From: an uncultured delta proteobacterium
GTDB taxonomy: Bacteria > Desulfobacterota > Binatia > DP-6
Direction: 5' to 3'
DNA length: 64,000 bases
Assembly (NCBI GenBank): GCA_963815115.1
Contig: CAWFFN010000012.1
Coordinates: 320,001-384,000 of the forward strand
The notes below the pieces were generated by a model. That model worked only from the letters and a program-made list of their open reading frames with translations, was not told the origin of the DNA and ran no database searches. Every line of letters starts with the position of its first letter. Within the stretch, counting starts at the first letter, position 1. A program made the translations under genes and the position numbers. Shown piece after piece: positions 48,870 through 57,542 of the stretch.

Positions 48870-49148
48870 ATGGACTTCGCTATGCAGCTCAACACCCCCC
48901 CCTCCAACACCAGCGTCAGCAACGGGCCGCCCGCTGATGCCGGCAAGCTCATTCGCGCGTGGCGGCATCGCGCAGGTCTCACCCAGGAGGGCCTCGCCCA
49001 TTCCCTGAGTGTGACCTTCTCGACCGTCAGCCGCTGGGAGAACGGCCACGTTCTGCCGAGCCGGCTCGCCTGGCGGGCCCTTCAGCAGCTGGCCACCGAG
49101 CGCGCCTGCCCCCTCGTCGAAATCGAACAAGTCGCAGCACAGGCCTGA
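48870..49148 (+). CDS. XRE-family HTH transcriptional regulator
   Basis: GLTQEGLAHSLSVTFSTVSRWENG. Confidence 0.85.
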   Translation: MDFAMQLNTPPSNTSVSNGPPADAGKLIRAWRHRAGLTQEGLAHSLSVTFSTVSRWENGHVLPSRLAWRALQQLATERACPLVEIEQVAAQA

Positions 49149-49243
49149 CCGGGTCTCCGCCCGGCTCTCACGTCTCCAAAAACCACCCGCGTCCTCCCTG
49201 CGCCTGACTGTAGCCCGTCAGGTCGCTGTGGTAGATCCGCGCC

Positions 49244-50011
49244 ATGGCGCGGCGGGAGCGGACGTCGGACGACGCGAGCGGCCGGGCGGCACCGGCGCCT
49301 GCATCGCTGAACGTCCCGTTCCGGGACCTCCGGAAGCAGTGGAAGGGCAGGCCGGAGCCCCCGCCGGCTCGGCCTCCGACTTCTTCTCCGCCGAAGCTCC
49401 AGGCACCGGTATCGTCCCCCGCCGAGGGTAGCGAGACGGACCTGTTCGAGTCGGCGATGGCGGGTGTGGTTCCGCTGGCGCGAGGCCCCCACACGCGCAT
49501 CGAAGGCCCCCCTCCGGCCCTGGGAGGAGGGCCGCGCCCCATGAGCGAAGAGGCAGAAGCGCTTGCCGCGCTCTCCGACCTCGTCGCGGGCGTGGCGAAT
49601 TTCGACATCACCGACAGCCGCGAGTACATCGAGGGTGTCGTGGTGGGTCTCGACCCGAGGGTCGTTCGCCGCTTGCGGCGCGGTGACTTCGCCTGGCAGG
49701 CTCATCTGGACCTCCACGGTCTCACCGCGGCCGAGGCCCGCGACGTGGTCGATCGTTTCATCCTCGAGAGCTTTCGCGCCGGCCGCCGCTGCGTGCTCGT
49801 CGTCCACGGCCGGGGGCTCAACTCGAAGGACCGCACGCCCGTCCTGAAGGAACGGCTCAAGTCCTGGCTGGCGCACGGGCGCATCGCCAAGGTGGTGCTC
49901 GCCTTCTCGACTGCGCGCTTGTGCGACGGCGGCGCCGGAGCGCTCTACGTGCTCCTCCGTCGTGACCGGCGCGCGCGGCCGATCCGCGTGACCGAGGGCG
50001 CGAAGCGCTAG
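49244..50011 (+). CDS. Smr/MutS2 domain protein
   Basis: LDLHG, VVHGRG, DGGAGALYV. Confidence 0.9.
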   Translation: MARRERTSDDASGRAAPAPASLNVPFRDLRKQWKGRPEPPPARPPTSSPPKLQAPVSSPAEGSETDLFESAMAGVVPLARGPHTRIEGPPPALGGGPRPMSEEAEALAALSDLVAGVANFDITDSREYIEGVVVGLDPRVVRRLRRGDFAWQAHLDLHGLTAAEARDVVDRFILESFRAGRRCVLVVHGRGLNSKDRTPVLKERLKSWLAHGRIAKVVLAFSTARLCDGGAGALYVLLRRDRRARPIRVTEGAKR

Positions 50012-50083
50012 GAGCCCCGCCGGACCATGGCTCGCGCATCCCTCGCTGCGCCCGGCGGCATGGCCCGACCGGGCTCCTAGACC

Positions 50084-50602
50084 GTGGCGAACGCACTCAG
50101 CGGCGCCCGGCTGCTCCTGGCCGCGGCGCTGCCGTACCTGCTGGTGCACGGCGGCTGGCCTCCCGTGGTCGTCTGGATCGCGGCCAGCCTGTCCGACTAC
50201 CTGGACGGCCCGCTGGCCCGCCGCCGCGGAACGAGCAGTCCCGGCGGTGCGATCCTGGACAACGTCGCGGACATCACCTTCGTGCTCGCGGGGCTCTCGA
50301 CGGCCGCGGCGCTCCGGCTCGTGTCCTGGGTGGTGCCGGCATCGATCGCCCTGTCGGCGACCGCCTATGCCGCGGCCTCGGCACGGCGACACGATCCCGC
50401 CGGCGCGGGCCCGCGCCTCGCCCGCAGCCGCCTCGGCCACTGGGCGGGGGTCGCGAACTACGCCTGTCTCGGCGTGGCGTCGGGTGCCGCGGCCTGGCCC
50501 GGCCCGTGGTGGGCGCCGCTCCTCGCCGGAGCCGGCGCGACGACGGCGGGGCTGAACCTGACCGCGGTCGCGGCCCGCCTGGTCGCGCGCAGGCCCACGT
50601 GA
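50084..50602 (+). CDS. CDP-alcohol phosphatidyltransferase family protein
   Basis: DYLDGPLARRRG...GAILDNVAD signature. Confidence 0.85.
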   Translation: MANALSGARLLLAAALPYLLVHGGWPPVVVWIAASLSDYLDGPLARRRGTSSPGGAILDNVADITFVLAGLSTAAALRLVSWVVPASIALSATAYAAASARRHDPAGAGPRLARSRLGHWAGVANYACLGVASGAAAWPGPWWAPLLAGAGATTAGLNLTAVAARLVARRPT

Positions 50603-50606
50603 GGGC

Positions 50607-51608
50607 TCAGGCCGAGGCCTCGAAGTCCTCGAACTGCAGGATATCCAGCTCGGCGAAGCGCTCGCGCACCCACGGCGTGAGCAGCCCGAGCCGCTTCACG
50701 TTGGGAACGACCTTCGCGAACAGCATCTTGCGGAACTCGATCATCGACGGCGAGTGGAGAACGATGTCCTTCACCTCGTCCACCGGCCAGCCCATGACCT
50801 CCCAGACCTCCTCGGCGAGCAGCCGGTCACGCATCAGCCGGCAGCCCTCGTACACGAACTCCTCGCGCTCGCGCATCTCCTTCGGCGGCATCTCGGCGAA
50901 GTAGTCCTTCAGCGCGATCACCCCGAATGCCACGTGGCGCGCCTCGTCGCGGATCACGTAGTGCAGCAGGTCGGTGAGCAGCGGCTCCGAGCACATCTTG
51001 TGCATGAAGCCGAACGCCGCCATGGCGAGGCCCTCGACGAGGATCTGCATGCCGAGGTACTTCATGTCCCACCGCGAGTCGGTGAGGATCTGGTCGATGA
51101 GCGCCTTCAGATCCTTGTTGATGCGGTAGGGGCCGCCGAGCTTCTCGTTCAGATAGCGCGAGAACACCTCGACGTGCCGCGCCTCGTCCATCACCTGCGT
51201 CGAGCCGTAGAACTTAGCTTCCATCCAGGGTGTGGCGTCGACGATCTGCGCCGTCGCCAGCAGCGCGCCCTGCTCGCCGTGCATGAAGTTCGACAGCAGC
51301 CAGCGGAGCTGCTCGCGCCGCAGCATCCGCACCTCGGCCGGTCCGAGCTTCTCCCAGATGTGCGTTCCGTAGACCGGAATCTGCATGTCGGGGAGATTCT
51401 CGGCCTCGGCGTCGACACCGAGGTGCCAGGCCAGCTGCTCGCTCGCGTTCCACTGGTCGCGCTTGGCCTTCTCGTAGAGGTTGTGCAGATCGCGCCGCAC
51501 CATCTCGTAGTTCCAGCTGTACGCGGTGTTGAACGTGGTGGAGAGGAGCTCGATGTGCTCCTCGCGCTCGTCGTGGGTCGGAACCTGGGCCACGGCACCG
51601 TTATGCAT
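50607..51608 (-). CDS. Ferritin-like di-iron protein (AurF-like family)
   Basis: HGEQGA, DEARH, VEGLA, DEARH; complete ligand set. Confidence 0.85.
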   Translation of the reverse strand: MHNGAVAQVPTHDEREEHIELLSTTFNTAYSWNYEMVRRDLHNLYEKAKRDQWNASEQLAWHLGVDAEAENLPDMQIPVYGTHIWEKLGPAEVRMLRREQLRWLLSNFMHGEQGALLATAQIVDATPWMEAKFYGSTQVMDEARHVEVFSRYLNEKLGGPYRINKDLKALIDQILTDSRWDMKYLGMQILVEGLAMAAFGFMHKMCSEPLLTDLLHYVIRDEARHVAFGVIALKDYFAEMPPKEMREREEFVYEGCRLMRDRLLAEEVWEVMGWPVDEVKDIVLHSPSMIEFRKMLFAKVVPNVKRLGLLTPWVRERFAELDILQFEDFEASA

Positions 51609-52233
51609 GGGGCGATCCTCCCTCGGATTGGTGCGGGCTCAGCCCGCGCAGCGTCAGCGTGATGATGGTGTCGTGGAGCCACTCGATCGGGACGGCCTGG
51701 TGCTCGGTCCACCAGGCGAGGAGCTGGGTCGACATTCCGATGATCGCCTGGGCCGCGATGGCCGGCGCCACCGGGCCGAAAACACCACGCTCGATGCCTT
51801 CGCGGATGGTGGCCTCGGCGTCGAGCGCGAACAGCGCCTGCGCGCGGCGTACCACGTCGTGCCGCGACGCCGTCGGGCCGAAGACCAGCTTGAAGACCTC
51901 GCGGTTCTCCTGGGCGAAGCGACACAGAGCCACGGTGGCCACCCGGGTCTTCGCCACGGGATCGTCCACGCTCTCGCGTGCCTCGTCCACGGTCGCCTTC
52001 AGCCGCGTCGCCGCATCCTCGACCAGCGCATCGTAGAGCGCGTCCTTGGTGGCGAAGTGGAGATAGAACGTGCCGACGCCGACGTCCGCGGCGGCTGCGA
52101 TGTCGGCGATCTTGGTGGCGTGCAGGCCCTTCTCGGCCACGACGCGCGTGGCCGCTGCCAGAAGATCGTCCCGGGTCCGCGCCTTGCGGCGCTCGAAGCG
52201 GTTGTCGACGACCTTCAGTGAGCCAGGGTTCAT
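51601..52233 (-). CDS. TetR/AcrR family regulator
   Basis: TKIADIAAAADVGVGTFYLHFATK; ATG 52233 preferred because ATG 52251 lies inside the predicted -10. Confidence 0.9.
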   Translation of the reverse strand: MNPGSLKVVDNRFERRKARTRDDLLAAATRVVAEKGLHATKIADIAAAADVGVGTFYLHFATKDALYDALVEDAATRLKATVDEARESVDDPVAKTRVATVALCRFAQENREVFKLVFGPTASRHDVVRRAQALFALDAEATIREGIERGVFGPVAPAIAAQAIIGMSTQLLAWWTEHQAVPIEWLHDTIITLTLRGLSPHQSEGGSPHA

Positions 52234-52250
52234 AACTGAATCTTGGTTCA
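52219..52250. promoter_or_regulatory. Tandem palindromic operators TGAACC-N2-GGTTCA (probable TetR sites)
   Basis: TGAGCCAGGGTTCA (52219-52232) and TGAATCTTGGTTCA (52237-52250). Confidence 0.65.
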
Positions 52251-52320
52251 TTTAGCTCGGGATGCCGGATCACGTCAAGGGGGCTGCGCGAAGTATAAGA
52301 CAGCCTCCAGAGAGGAGCCG

Positions 52321-53229
52321 ATGAGGACGCCGCCGCCGTTCCACGAGGGAGAGATTGCCGTGCAGGAGCGCGCCGGCATGCGCCGCATGGCGGCGAAGAT
52401 CGGGACCGGAATCGACGACAGCATTCCGCCGCCGGCGCAGGAGTTCCTTCGCAACCGCTACGTGGTGCAACTCGGCTCGGTCGACCCGCGCGGTGCGGTA
52501 TGGGCCTCGCAGCGCGTCGGACCGCCCGGCTTCGTGACGTGTCCCGACGAGCGCACCGTCCGCATCGAGGCGGCCGACGTGCCGGGTGATCCGCTGCTGG
52601 CGAACCTGCGCGGCAACCAGGCCCTCGGGCTCCTCGCGATCGACCTTCCGACCCGACGGCGCTACCGGGTGAACGGGCGGGCGTCGCTCGAGGGCCGCGA
52701 CGCGATCGTGGTGCGAGTCGATCAGGCCTACGGCAACTGTCCGAAGTACATCCAGCGCCGCGAGCCCGTGGAAGCGCTGGAGGTGCATCCCGGCGAGGCC
52801 GACGTCACGCCCGGAACGTCGCTCGCGGCGGCACAGCGCGGATGGATCGAGCGCGCGGACACGTTCTTCCTCGCGACCGCTCACCCCGACGCCGGGGCCG
52901 ACGTGTCGCATCGCGGAGGACGGCCGGGCTTCGTGCGGGTGCCGGATGAGCGCACCCTCGTCTGGCCGGACTATGCCGGCAACACCATGTTCATGTCGCT
53001 GGGCAACCTCGCCGTGAATCCGCATGCGGGCCTGCTCTTCGTCGACTTCGATGCGGGCACCACGCTCCAGCTGACGGGACGGGCGCGCGTCGACTGGGAC
53101 GCCGGCAGAGCAGCGACCTTCCCGGGTGCGCAGCGGCTGATCGAGCTCGAGGTCGGCGAGACCATCGAGACGCGGCACGCGAGCCCGCTGGGCTGGAAGC
53201 TCGTCGAGCCCTCGCCGTTCAACCCGTGA
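52321..53229 (+). CDS. Tandem pyridoxamine 5'-phosphate oxidase-like FMN-binding protein
   Basis: FHEGEIAVQ, GNCPKYIQRR, DVSHRGGRPGF, PDYAGN; GAGGAG SD. Confidence 0.88.
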   Translation: MRTPPPFHEGEIAVQERAGMRRMAAKIGTGIDDSIPPPAQEFLRNRYVVQLGSVDPRGAVWASQRVGPPGFVTCPDERTVRIEAADVPGDPLLANLRGNQALGLLAIDLPTRRRYRVNGRASLEGRDAIVVRVDQAYGNCPKYIQRREPVEALEVHPGEADVTPGTSLAAAQRGWIERADTFFLATAHPDAGADVSHRGGRPGFVRVPDERTLVWPDYAGNTMFMSLGNLAVNPHAGLLFVDFDAGTTLQLTGRARVDWDAGRAATFPGAQRLIELEVGETIETRHASPLGWKLVEPSPFNP

Positions 53230-53275
53230 GCGCGCCGAAGCGGAGCGTGTTGCCGGGCGGATCGCTAGAGCATCC

Positions 53276-54259
53276 TCACAGCTCGAGGGTCGGAACGGAG
53301 ACCGGCAGCCCCGTCGCCGCGGAGTGCATGCACGCCTCGGCGATCAGCACGGCGCGTGCGCCGTCCTCGGGGGTCACGGGAGGCCGCTCATCGTGCAGCA
53401 CGAGGCGGGCGAAGGCGCGCACCGCCTCGCGGACCGTGGCCGCCGCTTCGCCGAGGGCCACCGGGGTGCGCTCGAGGCCGCGCACCGTGTGCAGCCAGTG
53501 CTGTTGATGATCGCCGACGATCTGACCGCCGCGGCAGGCCGCGTCGACCAGCCCCGAGCGCCCCGCGGTCGCGCGCGAGCCGCCCACCGCGACCAGCGCG
53601 TCGTTCGACGCGAGCTCGAGGGTGGCGAGGAAGTTGTCCTCGGTGCGGACCGTGACGGCGCGAGCGGTCCGGCACCACACCCGCGTCACCTCGGCGCCGG
53701 TCAGCCAGCGCACCAGGTCGAAGCTGTGCACCCCGGTGTGGAGGAGGATGCCGCCGCCGGAGAGCTCCGGCCGGTCGAGCCAGTCCAGCGGAGACGGCTC
53801 GAAGCGCTGGTTGACGACCAGGGCGCGGAGCGGACCCAGGTCGGCCAGCCGCTCCCGCAGCGCACGCACCACCGTGTTCCAGCGCAGCGTGTGCGCCATC
53901 AAGCACGGGATGCCCGTCGCACGGACGCGCCGGACGATCACCCCGGCGTCGGCACCGCTGGTCGCCAGCGGCTTCTCGATGAGCAACGCCTTGCCGGCCG
54001 CGGCCACGGCCTCGACGATCGGCCGGTGCAGCGCGGGGGGTACGACGGCGACGACGCCCTCCACGGCGGGATCGGCGATCAGCGCATGCCATTCGGCGTG
54101 GAAGCGACACCCGAGCTCGCTCGCCTGGGCGGTGCCTCGCCTTGCGTCGTGACGGCTCAGCGCGACGAGGCGCAGCTCCGGGATGTCCGAACGGATGTGG
54201 TGCAGGTAGCGCTGGCCATGCTTGCCGGCGCCGATCAGGCCGACGGGGAACGGCGGCAT
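53276..54259 (-). CDS. Gfo/Idh/MocA family oxidoreductase
   Basis: GLIGAGKHG, IEKPLA, GGGILLHTGVH. Confidence 0.9.
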   Translation of the reverse strand: MPPFPVGLIGAGKHGQRYLHHIRSDIPELRLVALSRHDARRGTAQASELGCRFHAEWHALIADPAVEGVVAVVPPALHRPIVEAVAAAGKALLIEKPLATSGADAGVIVRRVRATGIPCLMAHTLRWNTVVRALRERLADLGPLRALVVNQRFEPSPLDWLDRPELSGGGILLHTGVHSFDLVRWLTGAEVTRVWCRTARAVTVRTEDNFLATLELASNDALVAVGGSRATAGRSGLVDAACRGGQIVGDHQQHWLHTVRGLERTPVALGEAAATVREAVRAFARLVLHDERPPVTPEDGARAVLIAEACMHSAATGLPVSVPTLEL

Positions 54260-54299
54260 CTAGACGACCGGCACCCGGATGTGGCGCACGGCCGATCCG

Positions 54300-55418
54300 T
54301 CACGCCGCGAGGCGTCCGGCGAGTCCGGAGAGGCGGCTGCGTGTGCTGCGGTCGCCGAGGCCGGCGGCGCGGCAGCGTTCGAGGTAGTCCGCGATCGCGC
54401 CCGCGAACCAGCGGCGGGCGAAGCTGCTGCCGCGCGCCAGCGCCTCCTGCTCGCGGGAGCCGGCCGCCAGGAGCACGAGGGGCTCGAACCACTCGGTGCT
54501 GCCCGCGATGCCGACCACGGTGTGCTCCGTGCGGTCGAGATACTCGTTCAGCACGGCGCTCTTCTCCGGCTGGTGCGCCAGATGGTAGCGGACATGTGCG
54601 ACCCCGTAGGCCACCGAGCGGGCGACGTCCTGGAGCGAGAGCGTGGCGAGCAGGCGATCGGCTCGCGTGCGCGCGAGGGCGGCGAGGGCCCGGTACATGG
54701 CGAGCGCGAAGCTGCCGAGGAGGAGGTTCGTCGCCAGCGAGGCCTCGGGGTAGGTCTCGGCCGAGAGGAGCTCCTTCAGCGCCTGCTCGGCGGATACGCT
54801 CGCACGGCCGAGACCGCGGCCGCTCACCAGGGCCCGCTTGCGACAGGCCTCGACGTGGCGCGCCTCGTCGAACATCTGCACGCAGAGGAAGCTCTTCAGC
54901 TCGAGGAACTCCTGGTTGATGACGAACACCCAGCGTCCGGGCGCCTCCATCGCGACCAGCGCGACCTCCTGGAGCACGGTGCAGAGCTGCGCGACGGCCG
55001 CCTCGCGCAGCTCGTCGGCCGGAGCGACGGGCGCGAGCAGCTCGCTCCACGGCACGTCGACCGCCGGTGCCCAGCGGCGCGCCTTCGCTTCCTCGTAGAG
55101 CGCGCAGACGTTCTCGGACCAGACGTCGCTCTTGCGGTTGATGGTGTAGCCGAGGTCGGGAAGCTTCGGCACCAGCACGCTGCCGCGCGACGCCATGCTG
55201 TTGCGGTTGCGGACCAGCTCCGGAATGGAATCGTAGCCGTAGGGGCCGAGGTTGCAGTCCTCGTAGGTCAGCCCGCGTGCGGCATCCGCCGGCCGCGCCT
55301 GCAGGCGGGCGGTCTCGACCCCGTACCACTCGAGGGTCAGGTTGCCCCCGAGGATGCTCGTCACCAGCTCGATCAGCGCCGGGTCGTCGAAGAAGTCCTT
55401 CTCGGCGTAGTACGCCAT
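54300..55418 (-). CDS. Ferritin-like protein with degenerate di-iron site (putative beta subunit)
   Basis: Paralog of 55419..56537; first DEARH kept, second is DVARS, both helix Glu ligands lost. Confidence 0.8.
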   Translation of the reverse strand: MAYYAEKDFFDDPALIELVTSILGGNLTLEWYGVETARLQARPADAARGLTYEDCNLGPYGYDSIPELVRNRNSMASRGSVLVPKLPDLGYTINRKSDVWSENVCALYEEAKARRWAPAVDVPWSELLAPVAPADELREAAVAQLCTVLQEVALVAMEAPGRWVFVINQEFLELKSFLCVQMFDEARHVEACRKRALVSGRGLGRASVSAEQALKELLSAETYPEASLATNLLLGSFALAMYRALAALARTRADRLLATLSLQDVARSVAYGVAHVRYHLAHQPEKSAVLNEYLDRTEHTVVGIAGSTEWFEPLVLLAAGSREQEALARGSSFARRWFAGAIADYLERCRAAGLGDRSTRSRLSGLAGRLAA

Positions 55419-56537
55419 TCAGGCGGCGGCCATGGTGAGCTCGACCATCTTCCAGAGCCGGGAGCGCTCGCGCCGCTCGGGAAGGCCGCACTTGGCGAGC
55501 CGCTCGAAATACTCCTCGGCCTGCTGGAGCTGGAACATGTTCTGGATGCGGATGCCTTCCGCGATCTGCTCCTTCTTGGTGCCCTTGCCGGCGAGGATGA
55601 TGAACGGCTCCATCACCTCGGTGGCATAGCCGGCCCCGAAGACGAAGTTCTCGGCCTCGTCGAGATGACGATGGATCGTCTCGCGGCGCTCCGGGAAGTG
55701 GTCGAGCACCCATTTCAAATGCTGCATGCCGTAACCCACGTGCCGTGCCTCGTCCTGCATGACCAGCCGGAAGAGCTTCTTGTCGCCGTCGGTGGGTGAG
55801 ACGTACTCGCTGAACCGGAACAGCGTCAGCACCATGCCCTCGGCCTGGAGATGCAGGGTGAGCGACGCCTCGGCGAAGCTGTCGGCGTCGCGCAGGAACT
55901 TGAGATTGTGCTCGTTGTGCTGGCTCGCGCGCATGAGGCCGAAGCCGGTGGAGAGCGCCCGCTTGCGGAAGATCTCGGCGTGGCGCGCCTCGTCCATGGC
56001 CTGCGTGGCGATGAAGTTCTTGACCTCGAAGAAGTCGGCGTTGAGCCGTCCCATCCACTTGGCCGGGACGTCGGTCGCGATCATCTCGACCTCGGTCAGG
56101 AAGGTGAGCAGCTGGGCGTAGGCCTTGCCGATGTCGTCGGGAAGCTCGGTCGCGAGCAGATCGGACCACGGGATGTCGGTGGTCGCGTTCCACTGCCGGG
56201 TCATGGCCTCCTCGTAGTAGCCCTCGAGATTGTAGGCCCAGACCTCGCTCTTGCGGTTGACGTCGGCCTGGAGGTCGGGAAGGCCCTCCGGCTGCTCCGC
56301 GCCGCGCGGCGCGAAGCTCCGATTCTGCCGGATCACCTCGGGCATCTCCGAGTAGCCGTAGCCGGCGACATCGAGGTCGCGGAAGGTGAGGCCGCGGCGC
56401 TCGTTCTGCGGCCGGCAGCGCACGCGCTCGCGCTGGGCGTCGAGCCACGACAGATCGAGGTCGCCCTTCAGCCGGCGCTCGAGGCCGTCGAGAAACGCCC
56501 GGTCGTCGCTGAAGTCGGTGGTGGCGAGGTAGCTCAT
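55419..56537 (-). CDS. Ferritin-like di-iron protein with complete ligand set (putative alpha subunit)
   Basis: WNATTDIPW, TEVE, DEARH, QAEG, DEARH; AAGGAG SD. Confidence 0.85.
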   Translation of the reverse strand: MSYLATTDFSDDRAFLDGLERRLKGDLDLSWLDAQRERVRCRPQNERRGLTFRDLDVAGYGYSEMPEVIRQNRSFAPRGAEQPEGLPDLQADVNRKSEVWAYNLEGYYEEAMTRQWNATTDIPWSDLLATELPDDIGKAYAQLLTFLTEVEMIATDVPAKWMGRLNADFFEVKNFIATQAMDEARHAEIFRKRALSTGFGLMRASQHNEHNLKFLRDADSFAEASLTLHLQAEGMVLTLFRFSEYVSPTDGDKKLFRLVMQDEARHVGYGMQHLKWVLDHFPERRETIHRHLDEAENFVFGAGYATEVMEPFIILAGKGTKKEQIAEGIRIQNMFQLQQAEEYFERLAKCGLPERRERSRLWKMVELTMAAA

Positions 56538-57025
56538 GTGCCGCTCCTTCTGGCGGGCTCGGCCCGACGTGGCGGGGCGGAGCCATCGGGATACGCAAAG
56601 TCGACTCCCGCCGAGAGGTCGAAGAACTCCTGGATGCTCTCGGCGAAGCGATAGAGCTTGTCGTGGCCGTCGGGGTCGTCGTAGCGCACCTGCAGGGACT
56701 CGCCGAAGTGGGTCAGCGTGTTCAGGCTGTGCGCCGCGTCGGCGGCGCCGAGGCGGTGGATGGCGTCGAACATCTCGCGCCACGCCGGCAGCGGGCCCTC
56801 GAGCACGAAGTCGGGAGCCACCCCGTCGAGCCCCTCGCGCACGGCCACGCAGTCGAACACCTCGAAGCCGAGCACGCCCTCGTAGAGCGGCTCGCCGCCG
56901 GCACCGAGCACGCGAACCGCGAAGGTCGTGTCGAAGAAGCCGAGACGCCGGAAACGCTCCTGCGCACCGCGCATCTCTGCACGAAGCGACTCGAAGAAGG
57001 CGAGTGATGGAAAGTGGACGGGCAT
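56534..57025 (-). CDS. SCP2/sterol-carrier-like protein
   Basis: [11 protein letters not shown]-terminus and [15 protein letters not shown] resemble SCP2-like domains; ATGA overlap with next gene. Confidence 0.6.
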   Translation of the reverse strand: MPVHFPSLAFFESLRAEMRGAQERFRRLGFFDTTFAVRVLGAGGEPLYEGVLGFEVFDCVAVREGLDGVAPDFVLEGPLPAWREMFDAIHRLGAADAAHSLNTLTHFGESLQVRYDDPDGHDKLYRFAESIQEFFDLSAGVDFAYPDGSAPPRRAEPARRSGT

Positions 57026-57166
57026 GCGCACCCCGCGGTGGCGACGACTCCTCGCATCGGATTAGTCCGCCCCGTGCGGACGTGTCAATCGAACGCCGCA
57101 GGGTTGCAACGGGCTCCCCCCGGCGCTAGGAGAGGCCGGACCTCGACCCCCGTCAGGGAGACCGCG

Positions 57167-57520
57167 ATGGCGTACATCATCACCAGACTCTGCCGAGACT
57201 GCCTCGACACCGGCTGCGTGGCGGTCTGTCCCGTCGACTGCATCTACGAGTACACCGGGTCCGATCGCGAGCAGTGGCCGGCCCAGCTCTACATCCATCC
57301 CGACGAGTGCATCGACTGCGGTGCCTGCGAGCCCGAGTGTCCCTGGCAGGCGATCTTCGAGGAGGTCGCGGTCCCCGACGTCTTCAAGGACGACACCCCG
57401 CTCAACTACGCCATGATGGAGCACACCGCCGAGTTCAAGGTCGCGGCGACCAAGAAGGTGGAGCACCCGACGGCGGAGCAGGTGGCGGCCAACAAGGTCA
57501 AATGGGGCTGGTCGGGCTGA
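57167..57520 (+). CDS. Ferredoxin (FdxA-like dicluster)
   Basis: [18 protein letters not shown] ... [12 protein letters not shown]. Confidence 0.93.
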   Translation: MAYIITRLCRDCLDTGCVAVCPVDCIYEYTGSDREQWPAQLYIHPDECIDCGACEPECPWQAIFEEVAVPDVFKDDTPLNYAMMEHTAEFKVAATKKVEHPTAEQVAANKVKWGWSG

Positions 57521-57542
57521 GGCCGATCCGGGCCTCCTGGCG

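Noticed and set aside
54300-56537. Canonical methane/toluene/phenol monooxygenase or ribonucleotide reductase R2
   Set aside because: Subunits are shorter than SDIMO alpha chains; no coupling protein, reductase or nrdA partner present
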